DNA from: an uncultured Bacillales bacterium
Lineage (GTDB): Bacteria; Bacillota_I; Bacilli_A; RF39; UBA660
Length of the DNA stretch: 64,000 nucleotides
Assembly: GCA_947564265.1 (NCBI GenBank)
Contig: CANOBK010000003.1
Coordinates: 24,331-88,330, forward strand
Reading direction: 5' to 3'
The notes under the pieces: generated by a model
Database searches by the model: none
Seen by the model: only the letters and a program-made list of their open reading frames with translations
Told to the model about the DNA's origin: nothing
Program-made: the position numbers and the translations under genes
Part shown: piece after piece, positions 28,011 to 37,113 of the stretch
Numbering within the stretch: position 1 is the first letter of the stretch
Layout: the number at the start of each line of letters is the position of its first letter

Positions 28011-28034
28011 AAATTATTTCCCGGGAAATAATTT
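28011..28034. promoter_or_regulatory. Noc-binding site (NBS) palindrome, copy 1
   Basis: AAATTATTTCCCGGGAAATAATTT is a perfect palindrome. Its core TATTTCCCGGGAAATA (28015-28030) equals the published B. subtilis NBS consensus. It is intergenic and flanked by A- and T-runs. Confidence 0.75.
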
Positions 28035-28149
28035 TTGCTTTTAAATTATATTTTTTGTTTTACTAATTCATTTTATATAATCAATATAATCTATTTTAAC
28101 TTTTTGTTGATGAATTTATCTTTTTCCAACTTAATATTTAAATTTTATT

Positions 28150-28770
28150 TCATTTTTTTAATAAAACTACAGGTTTTTCTTTTGTAATTTGATAAGCAAT
28201 CTTAATATCCCTTTGTTCTTCTATTTTTCCTATTATATAACTGAAATTAGTACATGATCTTATATGCCTAATAGCTTGATCCATAGAATCATTAAATTTT
28301 TTTAGGAGTTTTTTTTGTTTGTAATTTGAAAGCTCAACAAATTGTTTCATCATGATTTCATCAATTTCTTCTATGGATGCATTAATGATTCTCTCCCTAC
28401 TTTTCGATAAACAACCATCATTATAGGTATATTGCTTTTCTATAATTTTCCCTTCTTTATCAAATTTTGAATGAAGCATAATATGTTGTTTCTTTTCTAC
28501 ATCAAGGCGTGTTGTTATTTCTTCTATTAAAAAATCCTGTTCATCAAAAATCATAATAAATAATACTGGGTAAGGTTCAAATGGAGCACGAAAGTGAATT
28601 CTAATAATTTGATGATTGATTTTTACATCAATTTTTGTATCCCTAAACACTATACTTTCCCATTTGGATAAAATGATGGGACTTTGACTTTCTAAATCCT
28701 TTAAATATGTTAATACTGGTTCTATTTCGATTAATTCTTTATTTCTCTTTTTTAAAGATTCTATAATCAT
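28150..28770 (-). CDS. hypothetical protein (206 aa) between mnmE and mnmG
   Basis: Long ORF starting 9 nt after the mnmE stop. No recognised domain. Confidence 0.7.
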   Translation of the reverse strand: MIIESLKKRNKELIEIEPVLTYLKDLESQSPIILSKWESIVFRDTKIDVKINHQIIRIHFRAPFEPYPVLFIMIFDEQDFLIEEITTRLDVEKKQHIMLHSKFDKEGKIIEKQYTYNDGCLSKSRERIINASIEEIDEIMMKQFVELSNYKQKKLLKKFNDSMDQAIRHIRSCTNFSYIIGKIEEQRDIKIAYQITKEKPVVLLKK

Positions 28771-28779
28771 TTTACTTAC

Positions 28780-30135
28780 CTACTTTCCTAAACAGAATTG
28801 ACTGAATAATTGATCAATTAACTCCTCTGTATAGCTTTCTCCTATAATTTCCCCTAACTTTTCCCATGCACGTTTGATATCAATTTCTACCATATCAATT
28901 GGAATTTCTTCTTGAATTCCTTTTTCTACTTCTTCTAAAATACTATATGCTTCCTTTGCTAAAGAAATTTGCCTTATGTTATTAAGACAAGCATAGTCTT
29001 TTTGTTCTAGTTCATTTAAATTAAATAATTCTATAATTTTTTCCTTTAATTCTTCAATACCATCTAACTCAATGGTATTTGTATAAATGATATTCTTATA
29101 TTTGATTTGATCTATTTCAATTTTTCTTTCTAAATCATTTTTATTAATAACTACAATCGCTTTCTTATTTTTACATGCATCTAATATTTTATAATCTTCT
29201 TTTGTTAATTTTTCATTATTATTTAGTACTAATATAATTAAATCAGCCTCTTCAATTAAATTTAAACTCTTCTCTACTCCAATTTTTTCTACTAAATCTT
29301 TTGCTTCTCTAATCCCTGCAGTATCAATAATATTTAGTGATACTCCATTAATAGTGATATTTCCTTCTACAGTATCTCTTGTTGTTCCTTCAATATCAGT
29401 AACAATTGCTCTTTCTTCGTCTAATAGTCTATTTAAAATACTACTCTTTCCAACATTTGGACGTCCTATAATAATTGTTTTAATTCCATTTGATAAGATT
29501 TTTCCATTCTCCGATTCATTGATAATTTTATTAAGTTTTCTTTTAATCTCTGATATTTTTGGACTTATTTTATTATTTGTCATTACTTCTGCATCTTCAT
29601 ATTCTGGATAATCAATATTTACTTCAATCGATGCGAGTAATTCTAATATTTCTTGTCTTAAATTACGAATAATTTTACTAACATACCCACTAATTCCTTG
29701 AATTGCTACTTTTCGGTTTGATTCACTTTTAGAAGAAATTAAATTCATAACAGATTCTGCCTCTAATAAATCAATTCTTCCATTTAAAAAGGCTCTTTTT
29801 GTAAATTCTCCTGCTTCTGCCATTCTCGCTCCTTGATTTAAAATAAGTTCTAATACCTTATTTGTAGTGGCAATTCCACCATGACAATTTACTTCAACTA
29901 TATCTTCAGTAGTAAAAGTTTTTGGGGATTTCATTACTGATACTAATACTTCATCAATAATTTCTTTATTATCGATAATATGTCCATAGTGAATGGTATG
30001 TGTATTAACTTTTGTTAAATCTTTTCCTTGAAATATTTTATTCACTATTTCTGTTGATTTTTTTCCACTTACTCTAATAATTGAAATAGCCCCTACACCC
30101 ATTGTAGTAGAAATAGCAGCGATTGTATCATTCAT
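28780..30135 (-). CDS. mnmE: tRNA modification GTPase MnmE
   Basis: 451 aa. G-domain GRPNVGKSS, DTAGIR, NKNDL, C-terminal ..FCLGK. Confidence 0.97.
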   Translation of the reverse strand: MNDTIAAISTTMGVGAISIIRVSGKKSTEIVNKIFQGKDLTKVNTHTIHYGHIIDNKEIIDEVLVSVMKSPKTFTTEDIVEVNCHGGIATTNKVLELILNQGARMAEAGEFTKRAFLNGRIDLLEAESVMNLISSKSESNRKVAIQGISGYVSKIIRNLRQEILELLASIEVNIDYPEYEDAEVMTNNKISPKISEIKRKLNKIINESENGKILSNGIKTIIIGRPNVGKSSILNRLLDEERAIVTDIEGTTRDTVEGNITINGVSLNIIDTAGIREAKDLVEKIGVEKSLNLIEEADLIILVLNNNEKLTKEDYKILDACKNKKAIVVINKNDLERKIEIDQIKYKNIIYTNTIELDGIEELKEKIIELFNLNELEQKDYACLNNIRQISLAKEAYSILEEVEKGIQEEIPIDMVEIDIKRAWEKLGEIIGESYTEELIDQLFSQFCLGK

Positions 30136-30201
30136 AAATTACACCTCTAATCCTTTTCAGTAGTTATAGAATAACACTTTTAATATAAAAAGAAAAGAAG
30201 A

Positions 30202-30813
30202 TTATTCATCCTCTTTTGGCTTTATGACTACGAAACGATTTGGTTCTTCCCCTTCACTTTCTGTAATTACTCTTTTGTTTTCGGCAAGAACTGTATGAAT
30301 GATTCTTCTTTCATAGGAGTTCATTGGATCTAATTTTGCAGCAATCTTTGATTTACTTACTTCTCTTGCTACTCTTTTTGCAAGAGATTCAAGTCTTCTT
30401 TGTTGTTGCATTTTATATTCACCAATATCGATTGTTAAGTTAAAGTAAGTACCTATTTCTTTATGCACTACTTGTTTTATCATTGTTGTGATTGCATCTA
30501 ATGTTTTTCCGTTCTTTCCTATTAAAATGGCATTATTATCTGAATAAATCGTAAATGATACCATCTCTTCCCGTTTTTTTACCTCTATATTTGCTGTTAA
30601 ATTCATATTTTTGATTAAGTCTTTCAAATAATCTTTTATGAATTCAATTATATCTTCTTTGGTAGCTACTTCTATTTCTACCTTTTTACTAAATAAACCT
30701 GATTTTACTTCTACTTCTTTAATATAGAGATCTTTTTCTAATTCTTGTAATGCAATTGTTGCTTGGCTAATTGCCTCTTCTTTCGTTTTTCCTACGTACT
30801 TACTTTTTTTCAT
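30202..30813 (-). CDS. jag: RNA-binding protein Jag/KhpB (Jag_N-KH-R3H)
   Basis: 203 aa. KH GKNGKTLDA, R3H ..PMNSYERRIIHTVL.., in the conserved position after yidC. Confidence 0.9.
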   Translation of the reverse strand: MKKSKYVGKTKEEAISQATIALQELEKDLYIKEVEVKSGLFSKKVEIEVATKEDIIEFIKDYLKDLIKNMNLTANIEVKKREEMVSFTIYSDNNAILIGKNGKTLDAITTMIKQVVHKEIGTYFNLTIDIGEYKMQQQRRLESLAKRVAREVSKSKIAAKLDPMNSYERRIIHTVLAENKRVITESEGEEPNRFVVIKPKEDE

Positions 30814-30815
30814 AG

Positions 30816-31742
30816 TTATTGAACCTCCTTACTTCTCTTTACAATTAAGTTTTGAACAATTGTAAATAAGTTTGTTGTAATCCAGTAGATATTTAATGCA
30901 CTTGACATAAATAATCCCATTACTAGAACCATACCTGTCATGATGTTTGTCATATTTTTCATAGGATCGTTTTCGGTCTGAGCAGTTGTTTTATTTAAAC
31001 TAAATGATAAGTAAGTGGTTATACCTACTAGTGCAATTAAAATTAAGTAAAGAAATTCACCATTATTGAATAATCCAACAGAAGGAGTCGTTCCTAATTG
31101 TAATCCTAAGAATTTACCTTCGAATAATGCTGGCACACGATTGATTGCTTCTAAGAAAGCAATGAATAATGGCAATTGAATAAATGAATAAAGACAACTT
31201 GAAAATGGATTGATATTATATTTTTTATAAATCATTGTCATTTCCTGACTCTTTTTCATGATTGATTCTTGATCATTTTTATCTTTATATTTTTTTTCTA
31301 ATCGATTCAACTCTGGTTGTGCTTTTTTTATTAATTCAGATTGCATTGCTGTTTTTAAAGTGATTGGATATAGAACTAATCTTAAAGCAAGACTTGTTAA
31401 GATTAAAGATAATCCGGCTTGACCAATGTATTTATTGATAAACAATATGATAAATGCTAATGGTTTTACGAAGAATGTAGTCCAAAGTCCTTCATATCCC
31501 CCACTCGTTATACTAAATTCAGTACATTTTGGAATAGCAGCTAAATCAACACCATTCTGCTCATATAGTTCTTTTACCTTTTCATTTGTAGGCTTACATA
31601 ATATATTTTCTGTTAAACTTTGACCTGTTTCCGGATTTTTAACAACTTTCTTATCCTCTGTTTTTAAAGTTGTTGTACATCCAGTTAATAATAATATGGA
31701 TAATAGCAATACTACTATTTTTTTCTTGTTCTTCTTATTCAT
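30816..31742 (-). CDS. yidC: membrane protein insertase YidC/SpoIIIJ (lipoprotein type)
   Basis: 308 aa. Lipobox LLLTGC, then conserved ..GLSLILTSLALRLVLYPIT.. Confidence 0.93.
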   Translation of the reverse strand: MNKKNKKKIVVLLLSILLLTGCTTTLKTEDKKVVKNPETGQSLTENILCKPTNEKVKELYEQNGVDLAAIPKCTEFSITSGGYEGLWTTFFVKPLAFIILFINKYIGQAGLSLILTSLALRLVLYPITLKTAMQSELIKKAQPELNRLEKKYKDKNDQESIMKKSQEMTMIYKKYNINPFSSCLYSFIQLPLFIAFLEAINRVPALFEGKFLGLQLGTTPSVGLFNNGEFLYLILIALVGITTYLSFSLNKTTAQTENDPMKNMTNIMTGMVLVMGLFMSSALNIYWITTNLFTIVQNLIVKRSKEVQ

Positions 31743-31743
31743 T

Positions 31744-32085
31744 CTATTTCTCCTCTGAAAAATTACTATTTTTTATTAAATTAAGAAAAGATTTTTCTAA
31801 TTCCTTATATTCAACACCTAAACAGTTCTTTCTTATTATTATAATATAATCTTTGTGTTTTGAATAGAGTTTTTTATTTGCATCAATGATATTTCTTAAT
31901 TTTCTTTTATATAGATTTCGCACTACTGCATTCCCTGTCTTTTTACTAATTGAAATGCCAAATCTGTAATGATTTAAATTATTATCCATAATATTTAGTA
32001 CAAAATGCTTATTTTTATAGCACTTTCCCTCACCTATTATCTTATTAAAATCTCTACTTTCTTTTACAATATTCATTTTTTTCAT
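31744..32085 (-). CDS. rnpA: ribonuclease P protein component
   Basis: ~113 aa. ..KESRDFNKI.. and the RNR-type motif ..GNAVVRNLYKRKLRNI.. Start set at MKKMNIV (GGTGAG RBS). The ORF-track start at 32097 is also possible. Confidence 0.9.
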   Translation of the reverse strand: MKKMNIVKESRDFNKIIGEGKCYKNKHFVLNIMDNNLNHYRFGISISKKTGNAVVRNLYKRKLRNIIDANKKLYSKHKDYIIIIRKNCLGVEYKELEKSFLNLIKNSNFSEEK

Positions 32086-32113
32086 AATACTCACCATTCT
32101 TGTATTATAGTAT

Positions 32114-32139
32114 TTAAAAAAACCACTACTTTAGTGGTC
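32114..32139 (-). terminator. hairpin plus T-run between rpmH and rnpA (probable partial terminator)
   Basis: Stem ACCACTA (32122-32128) / TAGTGGT (32132-32138) with a 3-nt loop. A T-run follows on the - strand. Confidence 0.4.
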
Positions 32140-32142
32140 TAT

Positions 32143-32265
32143 TTATTTAGATAGTCTTTTACGACCTTTTGCTCTACGTCTATTTAAAACTTTTGATTTC
32201 ATACGTGCGAAAAAACCATGCTTCTTTTTCATTTTTCTATTATTTGGTTGATAAGTTCTCTTCAT
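32143..32265 (-). CDS. rpmH: 50S ribosomal protein L34
   Basis: Hand translation of the - strand gives [53 protein letters not shown] lies upstream. It is below the 60-aa cutoff of the ORF track. Confidence 0.93.
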   Translation of the reverse strand: MKRTYQPNNRKMKKKHGFFARMKSKVLNRRRAKGRKRLSK

Positions 32266-32295
32266 AATTCCACCTCCAGACATAAAATCTACATT

Positions 32296-32324
32296 AGTAT
32301 AATAAACCTACCATATTTTGTCAA
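32296..32324 (-). promoter_or_regulatory. sigmaA-type promoter of rpmH-rnpA operon
   Basis: On the - strand: TTGACA (32319-32324), 17-nt spacer, TATACT (32296-32301). Confidence 0.6.
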
Positions 32325-32393
32325 TGTTTTTTCTACAATTTATTTTTTATATTTTGTCTATAGAATGTTTTTAAAATGATTCATTTTTATAGA

Positions 32394-32581
32394 TTTTCCA
32401 CACTTTGCACAGCATGTTCATAATTTTTTTCACATAGTGAATTGTTTTTTTTCACAAAATTGTTGATAAATTCATAATTTCTTTATATAGTAAGGATATA
32501 AGTTGTGGAAAAGCATGTGGATAGATTGTGAATTAGCTGTGGATACATATTTTTTTAATTTTTTTACTTTATTTTTCCACA
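32394..32581. promoter_or_regulatory. oriC upstream DnaA-box cluster (rpmH-dnaA intergenic)
   Basis: Five 8/9 matches to TTATCCACA: TTTTCCACA 32394-32402, TGTGGAAAA 32504-32512, TGTGGATAG 32516-32524, TGTGGATAC 32538-32546, TTTTCCACA 32573-32581. Weaker TTTTTCACA copies lie near 32426 and 32447. Confidence 0.85.
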
Positions 32582-32633
32582 CATTTAAGTTACAATAGGT
32601 CTTGCAATTTACGATTTAGAGGGGGCGCGGTAT

Positions 32634-34019
32634 ATGAATGAAAAAATGATATGGTCAAATTTTCTAAATAGTATAAAAAACGAAATTACCCCTCTATCAT
32701 TTGATACCTGGTTCAAGGAAACAGAATTGTACGATTTAAAAGATGGATTGGCAAAAATAATCGTGCCGATGGGGATTTCAAAAAAACATTTAACGACACA
32801 TTACTATGATTTGATTGTATCAACCTTAGGGGAGATTATAGGAGATAATATAGATATTCAATTCTTTTTAAAAGAAGAATTAGAAGAAGAAAATAAAGTT
32901 GAGCAACAACAACTTTTTGAAAGTATGGAGAAGGGTAGATACTATGAAGAACAAGTCCCTAAGCGAATCCATCAATCTAATTTAAATCCTAATTATACTT
33001 TTGAAAATTTTATTGTAGGGAATAGTAATAAATTTGCTCAAGCTGCTGCTTTAGATGTTGCTGAGAATCCTGGGAATATTTATAATCCTTTATTTATATA
33101 TGGAAATAGTGGACTAGGGAAGACACACTTAATGCATGCAATAGGAAATTATATTGAACAACATAGTGATAAAAAAGTTTTATATGTTTCTAGTGATCAA
33201 TTTATTAACGATTTTCTTGGAATTAATAAGAAAGATGAACATGGAAAAAATTTTGATTATGTTAATTATTTCAAAAATAAATATAGAAATATAGATGTAC
33301 TTATTATTGATGATATTCAGTTTTTTCAAGGTGCGACTCAAACACAAAATGAGTTTTTCCATACATTTACCAACTTACATGATGAAAATAAGCAGATCAT
33401 TATCTCATCTGATCGATCGCCAGATGATTTGAAATTACTAGAGGACCGACTGCGAACCAGATTTTGTTGGGGACTAACTGCTGATATTTATCCACCGGAC
33501 TTTGAACTACGAGTTGCTATATTAAAAAAGAAGATAATAGGGGAGTCCATCAATAAAAATATCCCAGATGATGTCATTGAATACATTGCTTCTAATGTAG
33601 GAAGTGATGTCAGACATTTAGAGGGCTCTATTACAAGACTTCTTGCTTATTCAACCATTATGGGTGGAGCAGATATTACTCTTGATTTAGCAATTGAAGT
33701 ATTAAAAGACTATGTTAATAAAGGATATAGTGAAAAGAATAATATTAATCGAATTCAAAGAATTGTAGCAGAACATTTTCAAGTATCTGTCGATGATTTA
33801 AAAAGTAAAAAGAGAAGTGCAAATCTTGCATTTCCAAGACAAGTTGCTATGTATCTTTGTAGAAAACTAACCGATGAATCCTTTCCTAAGATTGGGATTG
33901 AATTTGGAGGAAAAGATCATTCTACTGTCATCCATTCAGTAGAAAAGATTGAAAAGGAAATTCTTAGTAACAAAGAACTTGAAAATATTATAGAGAAATT
34001 AAAGAAGGAAATTGTATGA
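32634..34019 (+). CDS. dnaA: chromosomal replication initiator DnaA
   Basis: 461 aa. Walker A GNSGLGKTHL, IIDDIQF, DNA-binding ..FPRQVAMYLCRKLT..GIEFGGKDHSTVIHS.. Confidence 0.98.
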   Translation: MNEKMIWSNFLNSIKNEITPLSFDTWFKETELYDLKDGLAKIIVPMGISKKHLTTHYYDLIVSTLGEIIGDNIDIQFFLKEELEEENKVEQQQLFESMEKGRYYEEQVPKRIHQSNLNPNYTFENFIVGNSNKFAQAAALDVAENPGNIYNPLFIYGNSGLGKTHLMHAIGNYIEQHSDKKVLYVSSDQFINDFLGINKKDEHGKNFDYVNYFKNKYRNIDVLIIDDIQFFQGATQTQNEFFHTFTNLHDENKQIIISSDRSPDDLKLLEDRLRTRFCWGLTADIYPPDFELRVAILKKKIIGESINKNIPDDVIEYIASNVGSDVRHLEGSITRLLAYSTIMGGADITLDLAIEVLKDYVNKGYSEKNNINRIQRIVAEHFQVSVDDLKSKKRSANLAFPRQVAMYLCRKLTDESFPKIGIEFGGKDHSTVIHSVEKIEKEILSNKELENIIEKLKKEIV

Positions 34020-34134
34020 TGTGGAAAACTTAAAAATAATTCACAAATTATAAACAAGGTAAAAATGCTGAAAATGTATTATTCAAATGCAAATAGGAAC
34101 TTTTCCACAGTTTCCACTGTAATAATAATAATAA
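34020..34134. promoter_or_regulatory. oriC downstream element: DnaA boxes plus TAA trinucleotide run (candidate DnaA-trios)
   Basis: TGTGGAAAA 34020-34028, TTTTCCACA 34101-34109 and TTTCCAC 34111-34117 are followed at once by (TAA)x5 at 34120-34134. Confidence 0.6.
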
Positions 34135-34157
34135 ATTAATAGAAAGAAGGAATATAT

Positions 34158-35282
34158 ATGAAATTAAAAATTAAAAAAGACTTATTATTAGATGGATTAA
34201 CAAAAGTATCAAAAGCGATATCAACTAAAAACTTAGTACCTGTTTTAGCAGGAATCAAATTTGAATTAGAAGAGAAGGGACTAACCTTAACTGCTAGTGA
34301 TAATGATATTACAATTCAAGTATTCTTAGAAAAAGAAGAAGATAATATGACTGTTGATAAAGAGGGTAGTATTATCATTCAAGGAAAGTATATCTTAGAT
34401 ATTGTTAGAAAATTACCAGATGAGTTTATTAATATTGAAGTAGTTGACGAATTAAAAATTATTATTTATACAGAAAATAGTGAATTTAATTTAAATGGTA
34501 TTAGTAAGAGTGAGTATCCAAATATTGTACTAGAAAGTAGTAAGAGTCCAATCCCAGTTAATTCTCGTACCTTTAGAAGTATCATTAATCAAACTTCTTT
34601 TGCTTCTAGTAATGATGAATCTCGTCCTATTTTAACGGGGATTAATTTTAAAATTTTAGGAAATACTTTAGAGTGTAATTCTACCGATAGTTACCGTTTA
34701 GCTAGAAAAATTATTCAATTAGATCAAGCAGTAGAAGATAATTATAATATTGTAATTCCAAGTAAAAACTTATTAGAGTTTATCAAGATTATGGATGATA
34801 CAGAAGAAAAGTTAGAGTTACATGTATTTAATAATAAAATTTTAATTAAATATTGTAATTTATTATTTCAGTCTAGATTAATTAGTGGAACTTATCCAAA
34901 TACTTCCAACTTATTACCAGATGAATTTATGTTAAATATTAAGGCAAATATTACAGAATTATATAATGTAATCGATAGGGCTAGTATTTTAACGAGTGAT
35001 AAAGAAAAAAATATTGTTACTTTTGAGATTAATGGAAATACACTTTATGTACGTAGTAGCTCTGCAGAAATTGGTAGGGTAGAAGAGAAAATGGCAATTG
35101 AAAATAGTAGTAGTGAAAATTTGAAAATCTCTTTTGTGGCTAAATATATGATGGATGCTTTAAAATCGTTTGAAGATAATAAAGTAGAGATTTCTTTTGT
35201 AGGAGAAGTAAAACCAATTATTTTAGGTAGTGAAAAGGATGAAGGATTAACTCAGTTAGTTTTACCAATTCGTACCTATTAA
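34158..35282 (+). CDS. dnaN: DNA polymerase III beta sliding clamp
   Basis: 374 aa. MKLKIKKDLLLDGLTKVSKAIS.., ..RPILTGINF.., C-terminal ..LVLPIRTY. Confidence 0.97.
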   Translation: MKLKIKKDLLLDGLTKVSKAISTKNLVPVLAGIKFELEEKGLTLTASDNDITIQVFLEKEEDNMTVDKEGSIIIQGKYILDIVRKLPDEFINIEVVDELKIIIYTENSEFNLNGISKSEYPNIVLESSKSPIPVNSRTFRSIINQTSFASSNDESRPILTGINFKILGNTLECNSTDSYRLARKIIQLDQAVEDNYNIVIPSKNLLEFIKIMDDTEEKLELHVFNNKILIKYCNLLFQSRLISGTYPNTSNLLPDEFMLNIKANITELYNVIDRASILTSDKEKNIVTFEINGNTLYVRSSSAEIGRVEEKMAIENSSSENLKISFVAKYMMDALKSFEDNKVEISFVGEVKPIILGSEKDEGLTQLVLPIRTY

Positions 35283-35294
35283 AATATAGTGAAG

Positions 35295-35320
35295 AATCCC
35301 AAAATAATGGGATTTTTTTC
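35295..35320 (+). terminator. rho-independent terminator after dnaN
   Basis: Stem AATCCC (35295-35300) / GGGATT (35309-35314), followed by a T-run. Confidence 0.65.
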
Positions 35321-35425
35321 TTTTTTCTGACACGTTTTCTTAATTTTCGACATTTCCTTATTATAATATAGGAAGCATTAATTCGAAGTTCTTGAATTAA
35401 AAAATTCAATTTAGGGGGAAATTTT

Positions 35426-35869
35426 GTGGAAAATTATGAAGTAGGTGTCAATACCTTAGCTGTAGTTGGAATGGGGCGTAAAAGGGCTAAAATCGTCGAA
35501 TCCGAGGGTGATTTATTGGTAAACTTTCCAGCTTATGAAGTTATGGATCATAGTTGTTGTTACTATGGAAGTAGCTATTCTGGGAGAACACAAGGTAGTA
35601 AGGAAATTCTAAAATGTGAATATAAGCTTCCTATTATTGTGGAAGAAACAAAGGAACTTATCTTTTTTCCAACTCAATCTCCAAGTACTGATGCATGTAT
35701 TTGGCTATCTTTAGGAAATATCGATTATGTAGAAGGAAATCATAAGCAATGTACTATTGTATTTAAAAATGGAAAAAATTTAACTATTTTTCGTTCAAAA
35801 GATTCGATTGAAAATCAACTTTATAGGGCAACCAGACTAAAATATTTGTTATCTCAGCGAAAAAACTAA
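35426..35869 (+). CDS. comK: ComK family protein
   Basis: 147 aa, GTG start after a GGGGGA RBS. ..YEVGVNTLAV.., ..VMDHSCCYYGSSYSGRTQGS.., KLPIIV, LIFFPTQSPSTDACIW, FKNGKNL and ENQLYRATRL follow the B. subtilis ComK pattern (SC.FFGSSYAGR, K.PI.V, FPT.S...C.W, F.NGK, ENQVYR). Confidence 0.8.
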   Translation: MENYEVGVNTLAVVGMGRKRAKIVESEGDLLVNFPAYEVMDHSCCYYGSSYSGRTQGSKEILKCEYKLPIIVEETKELIFFPTQSPSTDACIWLSLGNIDYVEGNHKQCTIVFKNGKNLTIFRSKDSIENQLYRATRLKYLLSQRKN

Positions 35870-35993
35870 AAAAATATAGCTTTTTTGCTTTTTTTGTACC
35901 TTAAAATGCTTATTTTGTGGTATAATGTATATGCAAGTATAGGAGTATTAGTTTGTATAAAAATCCAAAATAAGTGTTTTTAAGAGGTCATTT

Positions 35994-37109
35994 ATGTATT
36001 TATCAAAGTTAAAGCTTAAAAATTTTAGAAATTATAAAGAGTTAAAGTTAAAATTATCTCCTAATATTAATATTTTTATAGGGGATAATGCTCAAGGAAA
36101 AACTAATATTTTAGAAAGCATCTATGTACTTGCTCTTACAAAATCTCCAAGATTTGGAGCAGATAACAATTTAATCCGATACGATTGTGAAGGTGGAACA
36201 GTTTCTGGAGTTATCAAAGATTCAAAGAAAATGAAGGAATTGTCCGTTTCATTGGCAAAAGCAACAAAAAAGGTTTCAATTAATGGAAAAAATATATCTA
36301 AGATATCTGATTATATTTTTAACATGAAAGTAATTATGTTTGGTCCAGAAGATTTAGATATCATAAAAGGATCTCCTCAAGATCGAAGGAATTTTATGAA
36401 TGTTCAGATTAGTCAATTATATGAACCTTATGTTCATTATTTGAATGAATATAATAAAATTTTAAAAAATCGCAATGAGTATTTAAAATTAATGAACTTG
36501 AATCAATATACGGATCCTAGATATCTAGAAATTTTAGATGAAAAAATGATTGATCGTGCGGTTGCTATTTATAAGTATCGGAATGAATATTTTCAGTTTA
36601 TTGCTTCTAGAATTAGTTCAATTTTTAAAAAAATTGTAGGAGAAGATTGCCTAGAAATTAAATTAGAAAACAATTTGGATTTGTTAACTTATGAAGAAGA
36701 AGAAATTCGAAAAAAATTTTCTAAGAAATTAAAAGCAAATCGAAAAAAAGAAATTTTACAAGGAACTACATTATATGGACCACATCGAGATGATTTTTGC
36801 TTTTTTTTGAAAGAAAATAATATGAAAATTTTTGCTTCTCAAGGACAGCAGAGAATGGCTATTATCTGCTTTAAAATGGCAGAAATAGAAATCTTTAATG
36901 AAATACTTCATACAACTCCGATTTTGTTATTAGATGATATTTTTAGTGAGTTAGATGTTAAAAAAAGAAATCAATTAGTACGTTATTTACCAGAAAATGT
37001 ACAAGTAATTGTAACGACAACGGATCTTAAAAATATTAGTAGAAAATTAGTTGAAAAGGGCAGAGTATTTATAGTAAAAAATGGTAATGTAGAGGAAAAG
37101 GCGGGATGA
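35994..37109 (+). CDS. recF: DNA replication/repair protein RecF
   Basis: 371 aa. Walker [13 protein letters not shown], signature ..ASQGQQR.., Walker [12 protein letters not shown]. Confidence 0.96.
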   Translation: MYLSKLKLKNFRNYKELKLKLSPNINIFIGDNAQGKTNILESIYVLALTKSPRFGADNNLIRYDCEGGTVSGVIKDSKKMKELSVSLAKATKKVSINGKNISKISDYIFNMKVIMFGPEDLDIIKGSPQDRRNFMNVQISQLYEPYVHYLNEYNKILKNRNEYLKLMNLNQYTDPRYLEILDEKMIDRAVAIYKYRNEYFQFIASRISSIFKKIVGEDCLEIKLENNLDLLTYEEEEIRKKFSKKLKANRKKEILQGTTLYGPHRDDFCFFLKENNMKIFASQGQQRMAIICFKMAEIEIFNEILHTTPILLLDDIFSELDVKKRNQLVRYLPENVQVIVTTTDLKNISRKLVEKGRVFIVKNGNVEEKAG

Positions 37110-37113
37110 TTAT

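Noticed and set aside
28011-28034. Alternative reading of the CCCGGG palindromes as a REP-like mobile or miniature element, or as restriction-modification-related sites.
   Set aside because: There are no flanking direct repeats, no variable copies and no associated transposase or R-M genes. The exact match to the NBS consensus together with a Noc gene is a more economical explanation. A terminator role is kept as a secondary possibility in the findings.
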